Part shown: positions 62,987 through 64,000 of the stretch, one piece after another
Layout: each line of letters opens with the position of its first letter
Numbering within the stretch: the first letter of the stretch is position 1
Assembly (NCBI GenBank): GCA_963789955.1
Contig: CAWBMV010000003.1
Coordinates: 1 to 64,000, forward strand
DNA from: an uncultured Candidatus Rokubacteria bacterium
GTDB taxonomy: Bacteria; Methylomirabilota; Methylomirabilia; Rokubacteriales; CSP1-6
Reading direction: 5' to 3'
Length of the DNA stretch: 64,000 bases
Program-made: the position numbers and the translations under genes
Notes under the pieces: model-generated
Databases searched by the model: none
The model's input: only the letters and a program-made list of their open reading frames with translations
Told to the model about the DNA's origin: nothing

Positions 62987-63884
62987 CTAGCCCATCAGGA
63001 GGGCGCCCGGCACCTCGCGCCCCATCGTCTGGATCTGCTCGCGGCTGATGCCCTCGGCCTGCGAGCGCCGCCACGAACATCTGGAGACCATCGGCGGGCG
63101 TCGGGTTGCCGGTCTGGCCGAGATCGGTGCCGAGCACGAAGTGCTGCGCGCCGACGCTCTTGATGCACGCGGCGGTCATCGGCGAGCGGCACGCGCGGCG
63201 AGTGGCGCATCCACTCGAGCGGCGCCTCCGGCCCCACCAGCATGCCGAGCGCGCACAGCTCCATCTTCGCGCCCATGGCCGCCGCCTTCTTCATCTGCGC
63301 CTCGTTCATGCCGACCACGTCGAACTGCGCGTGGGTGACCACGATGCGGTCGCAGCCTTCCTCGCGCGCGGCCGCGATGAGGGCCAGCGCCTGCTCGGCC
63401 GAGGCGTGCCCCGTGTGGACGACGAGCCGCTGGGCGGCGCAGACCTTCAGGACCTCGCGCGACCGCCGGCAGCACCGCGCCGCGCTCGTCGACCACGCGG
63501 ATCGCCCGAGGGCGCCGTGCCCGCGTGGCGCACGTGGTTGTCGGCGTCGAAGGTCGGGAACCACACGACGCGGCCGTAGCCGCCCTGCATCCGCCACATC
63601 CACTCGACGGCCTGCGGGTTGAGCCCGCCGACGGCGCGGTTGAGCGTGACGCCGCCGAAGATCTTGACGCCGGGCACGTGCTTGCGCGCGAGCCACGCGC
63701 GGTCGGCGGTGAGGGTGACGTGGCTCTTGAACACCACCGCTTCCATCTGCCGCGCGGCGGCCAGCGAGGCCAGCTCGTCGTCGTCCACGGCGCGGCCGAA
63801 GACGTCGGGCGCCGCGTGCGTGTGGAAGTCGATCAGGCCGCGGATGGGGCTGACCGGCGGCGGAGGGGGCGAGTAGCCGCGCAC
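62987..63884 (-). CDS. DUF6282-like amidohydrolase-fold metalloprotein (frameshifted; start uncertain)
   Basis: IDFHTHAAPD, KSH, GGLNP.AVE, VWFPT, TGH, VTH, GTDLGQ. Confidence 0.75.
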
Positions 63885-64000
63885 GCCCGGAGCGGCGGCC
63901 GTCTCGCGCGTGGCGGCGCCGGGCGCGTGGCGCCCGCGCGCCGCGCGCGCCGCCGATCGCGGCGGCGCCGCGTGGCCAGCGCGATCTCGCGATCGGCCGC

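Noticed and set aside
1..64000. Numerous frameshifts as programmed frameshifting or mass pseudogenisation
   Set aside because: They hit unrelated genes, mostly in GC runs, are densest at the window ends and come without in-frame stops or other decay; long-read indel error is the simpler explanation. Read polishing would settle it.
63885..64000. Low-complexity GC-rich repeats at the window end
   Set aside because: No consistent unit or spacer structure; most likely low-quality terminal sequence.
1..64000. CRISPR array, tRNA (including tRNA-Sec), rRNA, integrase or transposase genes
   Set aside because: None recognised by eye; intergenic spaces are short and no regularly spaced direct repeats were seen. 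A tRNAscan/Infernal run would be needed to exclude small RNAs.

Overview
A GC-rich bacterial chromosomal segment, densely packed with about 65 mostly catabolic or redox genes: amidohydrolases, SDR/MDR dehydrogenases, LLM oxidoreductases, class III CoA-transferases, enolase-superfamily enzymes, a molybdopterin hydroxylase large subunit, ABC transporters, an arylsulfatase, leuCD with a LysR regulator, an ECF sigma factor with a YciI/DGPF partner, and CinA. The gene repertoire resembles Candidatus Rokubacteria/Methylomirabilota soil genomes (inference only). Roughly a third of the genes are split by single-base frameshifts, worst at the two window ends, which most likely reflects uncorrected long-read indels. 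Main observations: (1) a hidden 536-aa selenoprotein (D-U-G-S-C, in-frame TGA at 53486-53488, SECIS-like hairpin 11 nt downstream) fusing a UGSC domain to a large uncharacterised domain; (2) an integrase-less two-cassette integron remnant with one complete and one truncated attC (18810-20000); (3) a DUF222-HNH endonuclease with a structured, RBS-occluding leader and an intragenic 18-bp palindrome; (4) an alanine-racemase-fold PLP enzyme lacking the catalytic Tyr inside a catabolic operon; (5) a lower-GC PEP-CTERM/PrsR/beta-barrel islet with a sigma-54 promoter and candidate enhancer boxes; (6) an identical 47-bp palindromic repeat in two intergenic regions 20 kb apart. I saw no rRNA, tRNA or CRISPR array. 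Family assignments come from motif recognition, not from database searches.
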